Origin: Piromyces finnis finn
Lineage: Eukaryota > Fungi > Neocallimastigomycota
Reading direction: 5' to 3'
NCBI GenBank assembly: GCA_002104945.1
Contig: MCFH01000017.1
Location: 372,001-436,000, forward strand
DNA length: 64,000 nucleotides
Shown: positions 62,482 to 64,000 of the stretch, piece by piece
How positions within the stretch are numbered: the first letter of the stretch is position 1
Layout of the letters: each line of letters starts with the position of its first letter
Made by a program: the position numbers and the translations under genes
The notes under the pieces: generated by a model
Told to the model about the DNA's origin: nothing
The model's input: the letters and a program-made list of their open reading frames with translations, nothing else
The model's database searches: none

Positions 62482-64000
62482 AGCTAAAATATACATGTTC
62501 ACAAAAGGATTACATCCAAAAATGCGTGAACATTTTGCTGTAATTTATCCAAACCCCTCTCAATTAGAGTGTCTTTATTCTGATGTCCTTAGTATTGAAA
62601 ATCTTACTAAGAGAAATGATATCAGTGAATACTACATGACGCATCAAGACAGAAGAAATTACAACCAAAATGATCCTATGGATGTAGACTTAGGATCAGT
62701 TTAGGTCAAAGAAAGGTTAATTACTTCCTTTCCCATAAAAGTAATTATAATAAAAATAAAACAAACCGCACTGAGGCCAAGAAGAAGGGTGTTTGCTTTA
62801 CTTGTGGAATGTCTGGACACTTTCAATTTAATTGTTCAAACAAAAAGAAACCGAAAAATGTGAAAATTATCAAGAGATGCTATTCAGAAGACGATGCTAG
62901 CCCTTCAATCAAGAGAATTAAAAAAGAAAATCGTAATTCCAAGGGAACTTCAAACATGTTCGAGATTCATAAAGGTTAAAAGAAAATATCATCGATTTTT
63001 ATATTAAAACCAATGATATCGATGAGGTCAAGGCTAAAGTACTTATTGATTCTGGTTCCGATCTCAATTTCATCTACCCTGAGTTCGCCCGAATCAATAA
63101 TATTAAACTTTCAAATATTGCTGAATCTTTCAAGGTTTCTGGTTTAGGGAAAGGTACATCTACCGTGAAAAAGGAATCCGAAAAGTGCATCCTTCGTTTG
63201 AGAAATTACTACGAAGTCATTCAATTATATGCCCTTAGGATTCCTGAAGTTGATAAAATTCTTGATGTACCTTGGATAGAAAAACATTGCCCTGTTTACT
63301 ACCACGACTCTTCCAAAATTGCCTTTAGCTCTATATACTGTGCCAGACATTGTAATGTGGGAAGAAGAAAGAACAAGAGTAGCACAAAGGAAACCAAAAA
63401 AGAAAAAATATCATCAAGAAAAGGAAAGGAAGCTACTCAAGACGATGAAGATGAACAATCCTCTTATAGTGACCTTGGTTCATGAAATCATTATGAATCC
63501 TCCTATAGAGACTCCAGTGATGATGAAGAAACTTTGAGTATTAGAGGCCGTAGAATCTCCGTTAAAACTATTAGTAATTTAGAGAGTTTTAATAAAATTA
63601 AATTTAGTGATAGTTTAAATAATAATAATAACAATAATAATTGTAATTTTAAATGCACATGTTAACTGTATTAATGAAAATTTAAATAAAGATAATAAAT
63701 CGGACCAAAACAATATTCATTTTCAAAAAAAGTGTTTAATAATAACAATTCTTGTGTATTAAATTCAGATAGTAACTGTAATGATTTATCTTGTAATATT
63801 ATTAATCAAAGTAATACTGAAAATAATAATATGAATAAAGATAAAAAATCTGTCGAAATTCCAAAACAATATTTATTATTTAAAGAGGTTTTTAATGAAA
63901 AGAATTGTAATATTTTACCTCCACATCGTGAATACGATTGTGAATCAAATTAAAGGATAGATTCTAACTTGTTTTATGGTCCTCTTTATCCTTTAACAGA
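62482..64000 (+). mobile_element. Decayed second copy of the gypsy-1 family (gag-protease), running off the right edge
   Basis: [42 protein letters not shown] is collinear with 40474-41990; stops and frameshifts present. Confidence 0.9.

Overview
Very AT-rich, intron-rich eukaryotic DNA, most likely from an anaerobic gut fungus (Neocallimastigomycota), inferred from a fungal dockerin remnant, composition and intron style. 1-26.6 kb is genic: EIPR1/TSSC1-like (partial), a 7-exon ARMH2-like gene, PLPBP/YggS, a 58-aa Tom6-like ORF, a GPI-anchored secreted protein, two intronless GT10 alpha-1,3-fucosyltransferases and ARG1. The ORF track misses or mis-spans most of these because of introns. 27.1-34.6 kb is a head-to-tail stack of LINEs, one with an intact 1515-aa ORF, followed by a ricin-B/dockerin pseudogene. 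36.2-64 kb is a nested retroelement cluster that target-site duplications (TSDs) largely resolve: two copia relics, a full-length chromoviral Ty3/gypsy, further gypsy fragments, many solo LTRs, a non-coding mini-LTR element and a poly(A)-tailed repeat. Best leads: (i) a tandem, covarying pseudoknot RNA-like motif at 53.4-53.7 kb, with a related pair at 53.9-54.6 kb; (ii) copia primer-binding sites (PBS) matching the 5' half of tRNA-Lys(CUU); (iii) an ARMH2-like gene in a zoosporic fungus. All homology calls are by eye from remembered family motifs; no searches were run.
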